Of a DNA stretch of 64,000 bases, positions 63,213 through 64,000 are shown piece after piece. Source of the stretch: Octopus sinensis (Eukaryota); NCBI RefSeq assembly GCF_006345805.1, contig NC_043020.1, forward strand, positions 28,272,001 to 28,336,000, given 5' to 3'. The notes under the pieces were generated by a model. That model saw nothing but the letters and a program-made list of their open reading frames with translations. It was not told the origin of the DNA and did no database searches. Position 1 is the first letter of the stretch; the number at the start of each line of letters is the position of its first letter. The position numbers and the translations under genes are program-made.

Positions 63213-64000
63213 GCCATGTACACACTTTTCTTTTACGCACACGCACTCACATATATTCGTATCTGTGCTTGTATTTATGTGTGTATGTATGCACACACAC
63301 ACATGCATATATAACGTTTTGTACTGAGTATTTTTATAGAATTTAGGCATTCAAATGAGCGTATGGGTGCGTATATTATTTATACATACATACAGACAGA
63401 CAGATGGATAAACACACACATAACACACATGATGTTTGCAACTGGATTTCGAGCAATGCCATCGCTTGACTGTTGTGTTAAACAGGCAGAGTAGAGACGT
63501 GGCATTTCAATCCTGCTAAGGACCGACGCTCCTTTGCACAGATGAGGCAACGATGGGCGCCTCCAGCAGCAGGTGTTCGGAGAACTTCCCACCCACGCTG
63601 AGACGTGCCTTCATTCCATCGTGGAATCTTTCATTGAGCGTGTTGCCTTTTTCGGCTACGACAAACTATGATATACATCGCATAATAAAGATGTTAAAAA
63701 TCAAGGGGTATCTTATACCTGAAGCTTTTTTAATTGTGGAAAGGCCTTGCACAGAGCCAATCCCCGGCTCCCAACAACATATGTCTATACCACTCACATT
63801 TTACACTCAAGACTGAACACACATCTCTCATACCTCTTTCCACCCATACAACCAGCGCTGGATTAACCATTAAGGAAAATGAACAAGTGCTTAAGGCATG
63901 AAGGGAAGTAGGTGGGAGGGAGCGTAACAGAAATGGTAAATGGTTTACGGAACAAAATGAAATCACTTTGAACTTGCTAAAGTAATATTCCAAGTGTTTA

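Noticed and set aside
14400-64000. Host protein-coding exons
   Set aside because: No ORF with recognisable non-TE homology; short exons of a large gene cannot be excluded without RNA-seq.

Overview
Eukaryotic, AT-rich, repeat-dense animal DNA. The SINE families, RTE LINEs and very abundant (TA)n/(CA)n microsatellites look like a cephalopod (Octopus-like) genome; this is recognition, not a database result. Bases 1-14386 are the edge of a ~160-bp satellite array (~90 monomers) with signs of a 10-11-mer higher-order repeat and a divergence gradient toward the boundary. The remaining ~49.6 kb holds no recognisable host gene exon. It is a mosaic of at least four tRNA-derived SINE families, 5'-truncated RTE LINEs, two tandem R4/Dong-like LINE 3' ends, Penelope-like and mariner remnants, a non-autonomous Helitron, MITEs, a solo LTR and expanded triplet repeats. 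Most notable are the satellite higher-order structure, several long inverted-repeat elements carrying degenerate hammerhead-ribozyme-like motifs (probably Penelope-like terminal repeats), a nested-palindrome MITE with an 8-bp TSD and TTAGGG-like repeats, and a solo LTR with a mirror-symmetric NRF1/ETS motif block. Almost all ORFs in the supplied track are artefacts of repeats. I found no clearly new protein-coding system. Coordinates were counted by eye and may be off by a few bases.
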